A DNA stretch of 63,613 nucleotides, counting the filler, from Octopus bimaculoides (Eukaryota), in NCBI RefSeq assembly GCF_001194135.2. It is 4 parts of 3 records of this genome, joined end to end, with 100 filler letters (N's around TTAATTAATTAA, not from the genome) between each part and the next. Parts side by side here need not be neighbours in the genome. Positions count along the whole stretch, not along the records: positions 1 to 30,265 come from NC_068985.1; 3 more parts are not named here. The stretch is one strand, 5' to 3'. Position numbers and translations under genes: made by a program. The notes below the pieces were generated by a model that was given only the letters and a program-made list of their open reading frames with translations, was not told the origin of the DNA and did no database searches. Shown here in pieces: positions 1 through 12,739 of this stretch; the stretch's first letter is position 1, and the number at the start of each line of letters is the position of its first letter.

Positions 1-420
<420 letters not shown>

Positions 421-603
421 ATTAATAGATAAATAATTATACAATTTCTTAGCTAGATAGATACATACATATATACATATTTATATAGGAAGACAGGCAA
501 GGAATTATATAGAGAATTAAAGTGAGACATGTAAATATAGATCGATCAGTAGAGAGATAGATTGACAGAGGTACTTGGAAAGGCAGATAGAGTGTGCTGG
601 GCT

Positions 604-652
<49 letters not shown>

Positions 653-1520
653 GTAGATAGATAGATTGATACGTTGGTTGTTAGATAGAATGGTGGATAA
701 ATAAATAGAAATGTAGATAATCATACAGATAGAAGGAAACGGTCAGACAGAGACAGGTAATACAGGGATAGTTTCTACAGACAGATGGATACATAGCGTG
801 AGATAGATAGATAGATAGATAGATAGATTGATAAATAGCTCGACAACGAAAGAGGACGAGCCGCTTGGCAGTGGGGTGCAGGTGCTGTATGTTCTGTGGT
901 GCAGGTTTCCTGTAAGCATTTAGGCAAGATTCTCTCTCCTTAATTAGCACCACGCCATCTGATTGCCAATTAGTCAATGCTACAACAAACGCACTAAGAC
1001 CAGGTGGGGGTATATGATGCCAAACTATAGATCTGTACATATGTATGCATGTTTGTATGTATGTGAAGATGAACGTATATATATATATATATATNNNNNN
1101 NNNNNNNNNNNNNNNNNNNNNNNNNNNNNNNNNNNNNNNNNNNNNNNNNNNNNNNNNNNNNNNNNNNNNNNNNNNNNNNNNNNNNNNNNNNNNNNNNNNN
1201 NNNNNNNNNNNNNNNNNNNNNNNNNNNNNNNNNNNNNNNNNNNNNNNNNNNNNNNNNNNNNNNNNNNNNNNNNNNNNNNNNNNNNNNNNNNNNNNNNNNN
1301 NNNNNNNNNNNNNNNNNNNNNNNNNNNNNNNNNNNNNNNNNNNNNNNNNNNNNNNNNNNNNNNNNNNNNNNNNNNNNNNNNNNNNNNNNNNNNNNNNNNN
1401 NNNNNNNNNNNNNNNNNNNNNNNNNNNNNNNNNNNNNNNNNNNNNNNNNNNNNNNNNNNNNNNNNNNNNNNNNNNNNNNNNNNNNNNNNNNNNNNNNNNN
1501 NNNNNNNNNNNNNNNNNNNN

Positions 1521-1573
<53 letters not shown>

Positions 1574-1755
1574 TTTATATATATGTATGTATGTATATAT
1601 ATTTGCATGTCTATGTGTATACATATATGTATGTATCTATATACATATGCATATATATATGTATATATATGTGTGCATACACACACACACACACACACGC
1701 ACAAACACACATATATATGTATATATTTATATATATTTATATATATATATATATA

Positions 1756-1916
1756 TACGACGCGCTTCTTTCAGTTTCCGTCTACCAAATCGACTCACAA
1801 GTCTTTGGTCGGCCCGAGGCTATAGTAGAAGTCACTTGTCCAAGATGGCACTCAATGGGACTGAACCCGAAACCATGAGGTTAGGAAGCTAGCTTCTTAC
1901 CACACACCGACATGCC

Positions 1917-1917
<1 letters not shown>
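1756..1917 (-). mobile_element. tRNA-headed SINE, family A (GACGGAAACTGAAAGAAGCCCGTCG type), 5' half
   Basis: Reverse complement matches the copies at 6432 and 39926; A-box/B-box-like head; ends in (TA)n. Confidence 0.85.
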
Positions 1918-1965
<48 letters not shown>

Positions 1966-2263
1966 ATCTGTACACATACACATATATATGCACGCGTGTA
2001 GGTGCACACATTGCACATAATTAAGTAAAAGTAAAAGAAATTACTCTTGCCAATACCAAAACACACAGAGTCGTCATAAACACCCATATATCTCTCTCAT
2101 TTACACACATACATTCGTCTAGGCGCGCATACACACATAAATGCACACACACGCGCAGAAACATGTTTACAGACAACACGTGATATATTTACTTCCATTA
2201 CACATATTTGTATACATAACATAACATGTATATATATATATATATGTGTGTGCTTATACATGC

Positions 2264-2302
<39 letters not shown>

Positions 2303-3526
2303 CACTGCATACCAATCCGCATATAAAAGAGCGTAGAGTCACTCCATATAGACACATATATTCATGCACAAACAACTGTGTACTACTCACTCACACGAAT
2401 AAGAATGAGATAAACAATTTTATTGAATGTCAAGGGAAAAGAGACAGGAATTAGACGTCAAGACTTCATAATTTTTATTAAAACTGAGTTTTCTTTTTTT
2501 TGTTTATCAAATGCTATTTTGGTCTTATAAATTTGTTTTAAATTTAAAGCAAGAGTAAACAATCTATCGATTCTTTATGAATGTNNNNNNNNNNNNNNNN
2601 NNNNNNNNNNNNNNNNNNNNNNNNNNNNNNNNNNNNNNNNNNNNNNNNNNNNNNNNNNNNNNNNNNNNNNNNNNNNNNNNNNNNNNNNNNNNNNNNNNNN
2701 NNNNNNNNNNNNNNNNNNNNNNNNNNNNNNNNNNNNNNNNNNNNNNNNNNNNNNNNNNNNNNNNNNNNNNNNNNNNNNNNNNNNNNNNNNNNNNNNNNNN
2801 NNNNNNNNNNNNNNNNNNNNNNNNNNNNNNNNNNNNNNNNNNNNNNNNNNNNNNNNNNNNNNNNNNNNNNNNNNNNNNNNNNNNNNNNNNNNNNNNNNNN
2901 NNNNNNNNNNNNNNNNNNNNNNNNNNNNNNNNNNNNNNNNNNNNNNNNNNNNNNNNNNNNNNNNNNNNNNNNNNNNNNNNNNNNNNNNNNNNNNNNNNNN
3001 NNNNATATATATATTTATGTGTGTGTGTGTGTGTGTGTGTGTGTATCAAGAAATACATAGCATTAGGCTATATATGTGAAAACATTTTTAGCCCTTTCGC
3101 CCGACAACTGTATATTATTGGTGGTTTAAATGAGGGTTTTAACTCCTGTTTCCAACAAGTAGGCGCCTTATGTGCTCTTATGATATATATATATATATAT
3201 ATATATATGTATAGACAACAGATGAGATCCAGAGATTCTCAATATAGAAAACACTTAGTAGCGCTCAAATGATCTGAACTTGGACTCGGAAGTTTTACCA
3301 GGATCCAAATCCGCGGAGTGATGAGCGGCTATAAGTCGAATCCAGATCAGCAAATATGGAAACAGTTATGCGAATAAACAAATAAAGCTGCTTGGATTTG
3401 ATATACAAAATATGTATATATTTATATAAATAAAGAAAAATGATTTCACATTTACAGGATGTGTGTGAATAATTTACATGAAAAATTGTGTTATATATCA
3501 TAGAGCTTACGAATTTTTTTTAAAAA

Positions 3527-3850
3527 TCGTACTATAATGGGCGTTATGTCCGTCTGTCTGTAAGCTCCCTCTTCACTGTCAAACAGCTGGACCAATAGTC
3601 ACGATGTGTTTTGGGGTTACGAAGGAGGTAAGCAGGAATGGTTTTAGCGAAAAGAATGTGAAAAAGTATGATTGTTTAGTGAATAGAGTTTTGTATTAAT
3701 AAATTACCTTTGATTTTTATTGTTGAAATTCCGGCGAAGAGGATTAACTCTGGATTCTGCCCCACCCACCCCGTATAGGTCGTGAATTTAGAGGGCTTAG
3801 ATTTGCGATACTATCCCTTTATTTCCCATCGTAGATGAGCAGATTTGCTA
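3527..3850 (+). mobile_element. Non-autonomous Helitron, unit 1
   Basis: A|TC start at 3527 followed by ataatggg..gtccgtctgtctg..ctcttcac..gctggaccaat, typical of animal Helitron 5' ends; ends with cccatcgtagatgag...gatttgcta, homologous to the unit 2 terminus. Confidence 0.7.
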
Positions 3851-4785
3851 TCTTATAATGGGTGTTATATCCGTCTGTCCGTCTCTTTGTCTATTACCTC
3901 TTCACAGCTAGACGGCTGTACCAATGGTTACAATAATTTTCGGGATTACAAAGACGGTCGTCAAGAAGTAAAAAAACCCAGAATGTATGATTATTTCGTG
4001 AATATCGATCTTTGGATTGATAAACCACCTTCACGTTTTTATTAAAAATTCACCGACCACGAGTAACTCTGGATTTTCATCGTATAGTTCGTGGTCCCAT
4101 CATACATACGAAAAGGGTCGCGAGGATGGTTAATAGCCATATAGTGTGTGTGATTATTTAGTGGTTATTGAAGTGTGACAGTCTCGAAGCGGTTGTTGTT
4201 TACATCTCAGTTTTGTCAATCAAATTAACCCATTGTACCAGAACATTCTGACATTATTCGCATAGAACAGTGAGAGGTCTTAGTTTGATGTTTTGCAACC
4301 CTAAAGATTTCGCTCCCGCATTCACAGCAAACAAGGCACAGGGCCAGACTTTAGAGCGTGTAGGCGTATTTTTACCCACTCCGATGTTTACACATGGCCA
4401 GTTATACGTCGCTATGAGTAGAGCAACGGATTTCATTAATTTGAAAACTAGTGTCGACCAAACAGAAAATATTGTCTACAAAGAAGTTTTGTAATCATAT
4501 TGAACTTATCGAAAGGAATATGATTCATAATTTAAATAAGAAAATTTGTGAACTTTGAATGAAGAGTATAAACAAGCGTAAAATAGCGTAAACAACTAAA
4601 ATAAAAGTATATTTAAATAACGTTTTTTTCTTTCTGCAATAGAATGCTGTATCACTAACAATAATGTGATTTCTCTTAGACATCACCCAGTAATCTATCA
4701 AGTCTATTTGCACATTTCTCAATACATTCTGCTGTTATGACTTCTCTCCCCGATTTTCCCCATTGTAGATGGGTAGATTTGCTAG
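3851..4785 (+). mobile_element. Helitron deletion derivative, unit 2, with helicase remnant
   Basis: TC start; first ~250 bp homologous to unit 1; hairpin CCCAT-tgtag-ATGGG (4758-4772) followed 9 nt later by CTAG|T (4782-4785). Confidence 0.8.
4310..4494 (+). pseudogene. Helitron RepHel Pif1-family helicase C-terminal fragment
   Basis: APAFTANKAQGQTLERVGVFLPTPMFTHGQLYVAMSRA...TENIVYKEVL* matches the Pif1/Helitron motifs T.NKSQGQTL and HGQLYVA.SR and the usual NIVY.EVL terminus. Confidence 0.9.
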
Positions 4786-4799
4786 TATATATAATTAAA

Positions 4800-5300
4800 C
4801 TTTCTCAATTGGAACTTTTACGGATGCTGATCGCAGAAGTCTATCAGCGGTACATCCAGATTTCGCATGCTTTAGCAGTTTGGTTTAATGCACCTTGATT
4901 CCTTGTATTTCTAGGGATTTCGGTACTACGTTCATCTCGACGCCATCGAATTAGCTTTTCGTGTATTCTTTCGCTCCTTCTATAAGCTGTGTTAGGGTTA
5001 ATAAATGACCCATCATACTGTAGTTCTTGACATCATTTCGAAACCTGGTAGCTCCTCGGCTATTAGTCATCAGGATGTCTCAACAGTCTGCTTTCTATGA
5101 CCCTTTTTAAACAGCTTGAAGAGATGGGACAAAAGGCATATTTGGCGATAGTTTCTTTGCTCTTCTTTATGAAGCAAGATACTGTTCAAGTCTTTCTGCA
5201 GTGAGGGTATTTTAATCTCCGTTAGAAAACGATTGGAACATTGAACGAGGATTTTCTCGGTTATTTTCTATTCCTAAACATTCCTTTTGTTGAGCCAAAT
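4800..5300 (-). mobile_element. Decayed RTE-clade LINE reverse transcriptase fragment
   Basis: Minus strand gives ILLHK..NYRQICLLSHLFKLF, a QPRE.PGFR-like motif, HLLTLTQLIEGAKEY and FDGVEMN, with stops and frameshifts. Confidence 0.75.
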
Positions 5301-6054
5301 TTTGTTGTTGCTTAATCTGCTTTCGTTAGCTTAATTAACCATGTATATCTAGCTTCCTCTCAAGTATGTTTAAAATTAAAACGTCTAGCAATTACCTAAG
5401 GGTTGCGTATTTTCTTCTATTAAACTATAGACGCAATGGATATTTGGTTCGATTCTGAAAGAAAAATAAATGTGATAGGTCTGAACTAAGGTTTAAAAGC
5501 AGTCCAGAGATCGTTAAATATCAATATACGATTGATGAAAGGTGTTGTTTCAAGATCGTAGTTGGGAAATGCAGCATTGCTATGTAATATACATAACCAG
5601 GGATGTTTCAAAGAGGTAACAGATTGTGTTTAGCTATGGGCAATTAGACAAGATTTGGGGCTGTTGTTGTTTAGTCTCAGGTAAGATTTAATAAGATTTA
5701 AAAGCATTCCAACCATGGCATTGTGTTTTTTTTTCTTTTTATATCATGTTAGTTTACAAGATGCTGGATAGCCATTAAGGATGAAATAATGAAAGAGAAT
5801 TACGTTTTCTTTGGTGACCAGCAGAACAGATTTCAGTAGGACCTGATCAGTAGGAAACATACAGCCCTAAGTAACGAGTGAGGTCGCTTCTCACCCTACT
5901 ATCTTGGGAAACGGCATGTTGGATAAGCGGATCCGACTTCTCAAAAACATTGACCTGCCTGATCATGATTGACCTGGGGCTAAACAACTACAACACGCTC
6001 TCCCCCCACCCAAGTCATTCTCTCTCGTTCTCTCTCGCTCGTTATAACATTGGA

Positions 6055-6200
6055 TAAAGTAATGTATATACATCAAGAAAGCTCTTGATCATGTCTGGCA
6101 TGATAACTTTCTTGCTAATTAACCCACCTATTGGCTCTATTAATCTCTCATTTGTTGGAACGGAAGTTTCCTGTCAAACACTTACAGTATAAACTGGCAG
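6055..6200 (+). mobile_element. Decayed CR1/jockey-group RT fragment
   Basis: IKKALDHVWHDNFLAN* resembles the ISKAFD.VWH..LL.KL motif. Confidence 0.45.
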
Positions 6201-6431
6201 ACTGCTTTCCAACATGTTACCCCATCAACCATTCCTCGGCATACAACAGACGCCATTCACTCGAAACTTAAACTTTTCTCTCCAGCTTTGCATCAGGAAA
6301 ACTCGAAAAAACATCGTTCGATGCAGACATCAAGGCAGAATCGTTATACATATTAACTCTTTGACTCTGTAAATAAATTTGACGGTCGTCCCGTACCGAA
6401 GCTAATTATCCACTTAAACAAGATTAAAAGG

Positions 6432-6597
6432 CTCAGGGACGGCTGTGTGGTAAGAACTTTGATTCCCAACAACACGGTTCCAGGTTCAGTCTCACTGCGT
6501 TGCATCTTGGACAAGTGTCTTCTATTATAACCCCGGCCCGACCAAAGCCTTGTGAGTGAACTTTGTTGACGGAAACTGAAAGAAGCCCGTCGTATAT
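6432..6597 (+). mobile_element. SINE family A, 5' half
   Basis: ggctgtgtggtaagaa...ggttccaggttcagtc...gacggaaactgaaagaagcccgtcg; homologous to 1756 and 39926. Confidence 0.85.
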
Positions 6598-6810
6598 ATG
6601 TTTGTGTGTTTGTGTGTGTTTATGTATATATGTATATATATTATATATATATGTATATATATATACAGGGGTGTGAGTGTATATACATACATATATATAT
6701 ATGCGTATACACACACATACGCACGCATACACACACACACATACACACGATGGGTTTTTTTTATTAAGCAGCGTCGATTTTTACAATTGTTTAAATAATA
6801 ATAATTGTAT

Positions 6811-7020
6811 TTTATAAGCTTAAAGTTCGTAAGCGATCACTGCGCAATGACTAAAGAGAAGTCTAATAATGGGAGATATAAAACCTCGACGGAAAAAAGT
6901 AGGTCTTCTCGTAAGCGCAGGTAAACTTTCTTTTTTCCGTCGAGGTCTTATATGCCACCTGATTAGACTATTTTCTTTAGTCATTGCACGGTGATCGCTT
7001 ATAAGCTTTAAGCTTATAAA
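6811..7020. repeat. Foldback inverted repeat, ~90-bp arms, ~30-bp spacer
   Basis: tttataagcttaaag..taagcgatcac..caatgactaaaga..cctcgacggaaaaaag (6811-6899) mirrored at 6930-7020. Confidence 0.9.
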
Positions 7021-7027
7021 ATATTAT

Positions 7028-7230
7028 TATATGATTGACCGCTAGCCACTAAAGCTTTTTTTTTATTCTCATTCTGTTTATTTTCTCGTGTTCCTTTCTG
7101 TTAAAGAGCGTAGGCTCGAAACGTAAAAGACTTTCTCACCTTCCCGAGCGTCAAACTAATACACCTGTTTGTTGTTTACACATCTGTCTTCATCTTTTGT
7201 GTTTTTGTAAATTTTAACTATATATATATA
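7028..7230 (+). mobile_element. Family F short element (Penelope pLTR/retrozyme-like) with hammerhead-like motif
   Basis: Shares gaccgctagccacta...gagcgtaggctcgaaacgt.aaagac...cccgagcgtcaaactaatacacctg with 21525, 37725 and 61945; ends in (TA)n. Confidence 0.75.
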
Positions 7231-7342
7231 TANNNNNNNNNNNNNNNNNNNNNNNNNNNNNNNNNNNNNNNNNNNNNNNNNNNNNNNNNNNNNNNNNNNN
7301 NNNNNNNNNNNNNNNNNNNNNNNNNNNNNNNNNNNNNNNNNN

Positions 7343-7382
<40 letters not shown>

Positions 7383-7484
7383 GATAAGGCAATTATTTAG
7401 AATAATGATCATATCAAGTGGCCTGCATGGAAAAAAAAACTGTATAGGTAATAATTATTATAGATTAATAATAATATAAATATA

Positions 7485-7892
7485 ATCATAATTAAGGGTA
7501 CCGAAGAGGCACCACCATGCCATGCCAGAAATAGCAGTTATGACCGACTCTAAAACCACATCATGTATTCATATAGCACAGGCGAACAGATAAATGAACA
7601 AAGAAATTAGCAAAAAATGAATGGTTAACTCCAGATCGACGATTTCGGGCTTAGTAATAAAACACCTTATTTTCAACAGTGGAAATATACCAAAATTAGT
7701 GTATAATTACAAATACAAATGTATACAATATATGAATACTTAGATATATGTACGTATACATACATGTATATATGCACGTATATACCAGACTAATTCATTT
7801 GTCCGTGCTATATGAATACATGATGTGGTTCTAGAGTCAGTTTTGACTGCTACTTCTGGCATGGTGATGCCTCTTTGGTACCCATAATTATA
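7485..7892. repeat. Foldback element, ~100-bp arms, ~190-bp spacer
   Basis: gggtacc.aagaggca.caccatgccagaa.tagcagt...aaccacatcatgtattcatatagcac (7485-7600) is the reverse complement of 7793-7892. Confidence 0.9.
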
Positions 7893-7952
7893 AATATATA
7901 TAAAACTATGTATGTGTGTCTTCGTTTCTGTGTTTGTCCCCCCACTACCGCT

Positions 7953-8130
7953 TTTCAACCGGTGTTGGTGTGTTTTCATCCTCGTTACTTAGCGGTTAGG
8001 GGTACCATGAGTAACAGGCTAAAACAAATAAGTACTGGAGCTGATTCATTCAACTAAAATTCTTCAAGGCGATGCACCAGCATGGCCGCAGTATAATGAC
8101 TGAAACCAGTAAAAGAAAAGATAAAAGAAT
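7953..8130 (+). mobile_element. SINE 3' module (family B), degenerate
   Basis: ttagcggtt...aataagtact...ccagcatggccgcagt..atgactgaaac..gtaaaaga; homologous to 50341. Confidence 0.7.
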
Positions 8131-8419
8131 TGATATTTTCTGCTCCTGCCTTACTTTCTCAGTATCTGATACAGGTACAGTTTTCATATCTACCTTTAAA
8201 AGTAATTGATTCTTGTTTTGTAAAAAGATAATTGATGAAATATGTGAAAACGCTCATAAAATTTTTAAATTGTCTTTTGTAGAATTTGACTGAGAGTGTC
8301 CCGCTTCATGTAGTAAGAAGAGAGGTTCTTTTTCATAGCCGTGGGGCAAAACCGCATTTCGCTTTTAACAGCAATAACATTTTGAGCTGATATATCCGAT
8401 TTCCGCATTTAAAGGAATA

Positions 8420-9195
8420 AGCATCTAGCGTTCAAGTTACTCTGTCAAATGTAATACTTATTTATTCACATCGTATTAAATTAATCATGCATTATCATGT
8501 AGCTTTGAAATTTCATTGACGTGATTGTATAGGGTGTCCCGAAAAAACTGACATCATTTGAAATGTGAATATCTGAGTAATTACATGTCCGAGGCAAACG
8601 AAATCAAATAGGCTTTGTATTGAGCGATAAAAGATTTATTTATCAAAATTCAAGCAAGAGATTCAGAGGGATGTAGATCTTATAACCGATTTCACAAAGC
8701 TTCACAAATGTTCAATATGTGCACCGCTTGTGACACGACACACCTCAAGTCAGTAGACCAGCTCCTGCCAAGCGTGCTGTAGCATGTCTTGCATAACATT
8801 CTCCAACACCTCGATGATTCTCTGCTTGAGTTTCTCTGGGCTTGCAGAAGGAGGTGGGTGGATATAGACCAGTGCTTTCACATAACCCCATTGAAAAAAT
8901 CGTATGGTGTCAAGTTAGGTGAATGTGATGACCGTTTCAACAGTACGTTGTCATTATCACTAGCATATTCGATCCAAATTTAGTTTTTACACATTTTGTT
9001 AAAATTTGAGATCGTTTGAGCGAGAATTAGTTATGCTATTACACTACGAAATGAAGTCAAGTTTTTTGGGACACCCTGTATATTATTACAATGACATTGT
9101 AGGGTAAATGTGAGAAGAGAGATCTGGTGAGTTTGAACATAAGAGAAGTTGGATTTTTGGGCCGGATATGGTCGGTTTAAATACTAAAGGATTTT
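8420..9195. mobile_element. Old MITE (TTAACCCTTTAGCAT-type termini, piggyBac-like) interrupted by the element at 8530
   Basis: gattgta|...|tattattacaatgacattgtagggt reads continuously once 8530-9078 is removed; right end ggtcggtttaaatactaaagg. Family recognised from memory. Confidence 0.5.
8530..9078 (-). mobile_element. Internally deleted Tc1/mariner element (DD37D/maT-like), TIRs and TA TSD intact
   Basis: TA|(t)agggtgtcccgaaaaaactgac ... gtcaagttttttgggacaccctg|TA; minus strand encodes SPNLTPYDFFQWGYVKALVY...VTSGAHIEHL*. Confidence 0.9.
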
Positions 9196-9615
9196 GTTCC
9201 AAACAAACGCTCACTTCACTTGAACAACACACAATTAAACCTCTCGAAGTTGATAGAAAGGTTTAATCATACATGATGCCTCCTGGTTGTCTCACAAACA
9301 TAACATTTCTAAGATAGCATGTGAAAGGATTACGTTTTCTCTTCAGCGGTAGAAAATACATCCGTCTTCTTCATTTGCTGACACAGCTTACATCGGTATG
9401 ATGGAATTGCCGCCACATGCGCATATACACTCACAAATGTCGAAAACCACAAAGAAAGACAATTAGTTGTTTGATAAATATTCACTCATCGATGCATAGT
9501 TAAAACTGATCGATTAGATATGTTTCCTCCTCCTTTCTCATTGTCTCTTAAACTGCAACTACACTGGACTCTGCTATTCTGAAAGACATTGCGATAGACA
9601 CACATGAACAGGCTG

Positions 9616-9753
<138 letters not shown>

Positions 9754-10029
9754 GCACGCACATACATGCACACGCAGAGGAGCACACATACATATATACA
9801 CACATACAAGCCTATACATATTCATTACACACACAACTGATAGCAGAGTGGCCAGTCAAATGCACATACATATACAGAAGTAGACACGCAAACACACATA
9901 CAGTCACTCTCTCACTCAGGCACATCGTCCATTGAGTGATGATGCTAGTACAGTGTACAGTGCCGCTCACACATAACTACACTCAAACAATAGCACTCAC
10001 ATAAATACATACATTGTCTATAATAGCAC

Positions 10030-10310
10030 CTACACACTGGCTTGCACTACCCATAGTGTACACTGATACTTTTGCTCACTCGTACACTGCACGCTGTACA
10101 AGACACACGCATACATACACTGCCCACAGTGTGCAATTACACTCACACGCATACATACGTACTGCCTATAGTGTATAATGACACACGCATACATACACTG
10201 CTCCCAGCGTATAATGACTCTTACACCTATACATATACTATCCACAGTAAACGATTACACTTACACACACACACTAATATACACTGCCCACAATGTGTAA
10301 TAGCTCTCAC
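10030..10310. repeat. Degenerate ~40-bp minisatellite (acacacgcatacatacactgcccacagtgtgtaat-like unit)
   Basis: Unit recurs about 5-6 times with divergence. Confidence 0.7.
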
Positions 10311-10531
10311 GCTCTGGTCATACTCTAGCCATGGTGTACAAAGATACGTCATGTTTCTGTAAAGCCATGTGAAGTGATGGTAAGCAGGATAAAGAGAGAC
10401 GGTTTCTACACACAAGTATCATGTAACCGTAGATGGCTTATGCCAAGCCTTCACTACTTCCAACAACAGCTACCTGGAAACCGTCCTTCAATGGGGATAT
10501 GACAATCTAGTGCAGAGACACAATCAATATA

Positions 10532-11041
10532 TTAGGTTGTCTGAAAAGTTTATGCCGATTTTTAAGGAAAATTAAAAGACAAAACAAAATTATGTCATTA
10601 AATATTTATTCAATTAAATATGAACCATTTTGTTGCATAATCTTTCTCCATATTTCCTTCAACTTAAAGATTCCGTATTCCCAGAATTCCAGTGGTTTCT
10701 TGGTAAAGAACTCATTAAAGTGGGTTTTTTTTTATGTCTCCCAAAGAGTTAAAAATTTTTGCCATTGAGATTATTTTGCAAGGACCTGAATGAATGAAAA
10801 TCCGAAGAAGTAATGTCTGGTGAATATGGCGGGTGGGTAACACATCCCAGCCAAGCTGCAACAATTTTTGACGGGTCACTAATGCAACGGGAGGTCTGGC
10901 ACCTTTCCTGTTCGCAAATTCTGGGCATTTTTCTTGAACTGCTGCCTTTAAATCGTCCAGTTGCGAACAATACTTCTCAGAATTGACTGGTTACTTGGCA
11001 GAAGCTCATAATTCCTTTCCAATGCCGCCAGATGCAGAGCA
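10532..11041 (-). mobile_element. mariner remnant (3' end plus TIR)
   Basis: TA|TTAGGTTGTCTGAAAAGTT TIR; minus strand HPPYSPDITSSDFHSFRSLQNNLNGKNF (mariner YSPDL motif). Confidence 0.9.
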
Positions 11042-11271
11042 NNNNNNNNNNNNNNNNNNNNNNNNNNNNNNNNNNNNNNNNNNNNNNNNNNNNNNNNNNN
11101 NNNNNNNNNNNNNNNNNNNNNNNNNNNNNNNNNNNNNNNNNNNNNNNNNNNNNNNNNNNNNNNNNNNNNNNNNNNNNNNNNNNNNNNNNNNNNNNNNNNN
11201 NNNNNNNNNNNNATACATATATATATCTTTTTGTACGTATATATGTGTGTGCGTCTGTGTTTGTTCTCCAC

Positions 11272-11460
11272 CACTGTTTAACAACTGGTTGTGGTTTGTT
11301 TATATCCCATTAACGCAGCACTTCACCAAAAAAGACCGATGTAACGAGTTGCAGAAAAAAAATAAGTACTATATAAGTACTGGAGGCGATTTCTTCGACT
11401 AAACGGATCGAGGCGATACTCTAGCATGGCTGCAATCCAATGACTGAAGCATGTATAAGA
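11272..11460 (+). mobile_element. SINE 3' module (family B), degenerate
   Basis: aataagtact...ttcgactaaa...ctagcatggctgcaatccaatgactgaagc. Confidence 0.6.
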
Positions 11461-12211
11461 CGAAAGATAGTAGGAAAGATGTGGCTGGAATGCTCACAAT
11501 ATCTTTCACAGAAAGAATTTCTGCTCATTGACAAAATCTACACAATATTGCTAGAGCCCTTTGACAGCATTATAAGCCCCTGGGCAAATGAGATCACTGT
11601 GCACCATATAGTATTCCTTGAAGGCAAGCCTCAGCATACATAGATAAGATTTGGGCTACGAAACCCGTGAGGGCCACCTGGCAACTGCCCCGTATATCCT
11701 CGTAATAAGACAGCAATGACTATAGTCATTGGCTCACGCATTGGCTAATTCTGCTTTATTTTTCTTTTTTGTCTTTCCGAACGAATGCTACTACAACGAC
11801 CACTGCTTGTGGAAATTAGTAAGCTATGTATTACATTTTCCGGAGCACACTCAAATCAGGTCTAATACTGTCCCACTTACCAGAAGCTTAACCCTGTCAA
11901 ATTCTCTCACCGACCCTGTTTCTCTTCTAAACGATTACCAACGAAATATAATCCTCATCAATCTAGTCCGTCTGATAGGGTCCACAAAGACCATGAGCAC
12001 TAGTTTCCCCACCTTCCTCTGGGGTGCTTAATAGAAATATCATTAAGAAACATTCATATTAAGTTGACACAAAAAAATTACTCTAATGCACACGCCCCTT
12101 CTCCCACTCATCCCATATACACATTAACTAAACTACTTTGAGAAAGCAGACATAACGTGTGTGTGTGTGTGTGTGTGTGTATGAAGCCACGCTGTTTCAC
12201 ATTAGCATACT

Positions 12212-12268
<57 letters not shown>

Positions 12269-12335
12269 NNNNNNNNNNNNNNNNNNNNNNNNNNNNNNNN
12301 NNNNNNNNNNNNNNNNNNNNNNNNNNNNNNNNNNN

Positions 12336-12373
<38 letters not shown>

Positions 12374-12551
12374 ATATGAATAAGAACATATTTGTATTCA
12401 CAAATTCTCACATACACTCTCATTCGAAAAGACGGAATAAGTTAGTGTTAGGTACATACACACGCACACGTACACACACACACACACCCACCCACACACA
12501 CACACACACTAAATACAATCACGCATACACATACACTCACAGAGAGATATT

Positions 12552-12584
<33 letters not shown>

Positions 12585-12708
12585 TCAGAGTCCTCTCTCT
12601 CTCTCTCTCACTGTCATCAAAAATATTCAATTACTCACATATATAATATATACACATAGACAAAAAATATATATAAATATGACACGCACATACATTTAAA
12701 GCGCTCTT

Positions 12709-12739
<31 letters not shown>

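Noticed and set aside
5030-5082. GACAUC-CUGAUGA...GAAA-U-GAUGUC on the minus strand, resembling a hammerhead
   Set aside because: No room for stem III or an NUH triplet, no stem II, and it lies inside RTE RT coding sequence; coincidental.
8163-8312. Apparent 12-nt and 30-nt microexons (8163-8174, 8283-8312)
   Set aside because: AG/GT pairs of this quality are common in AT-rich DNA; no independent support.
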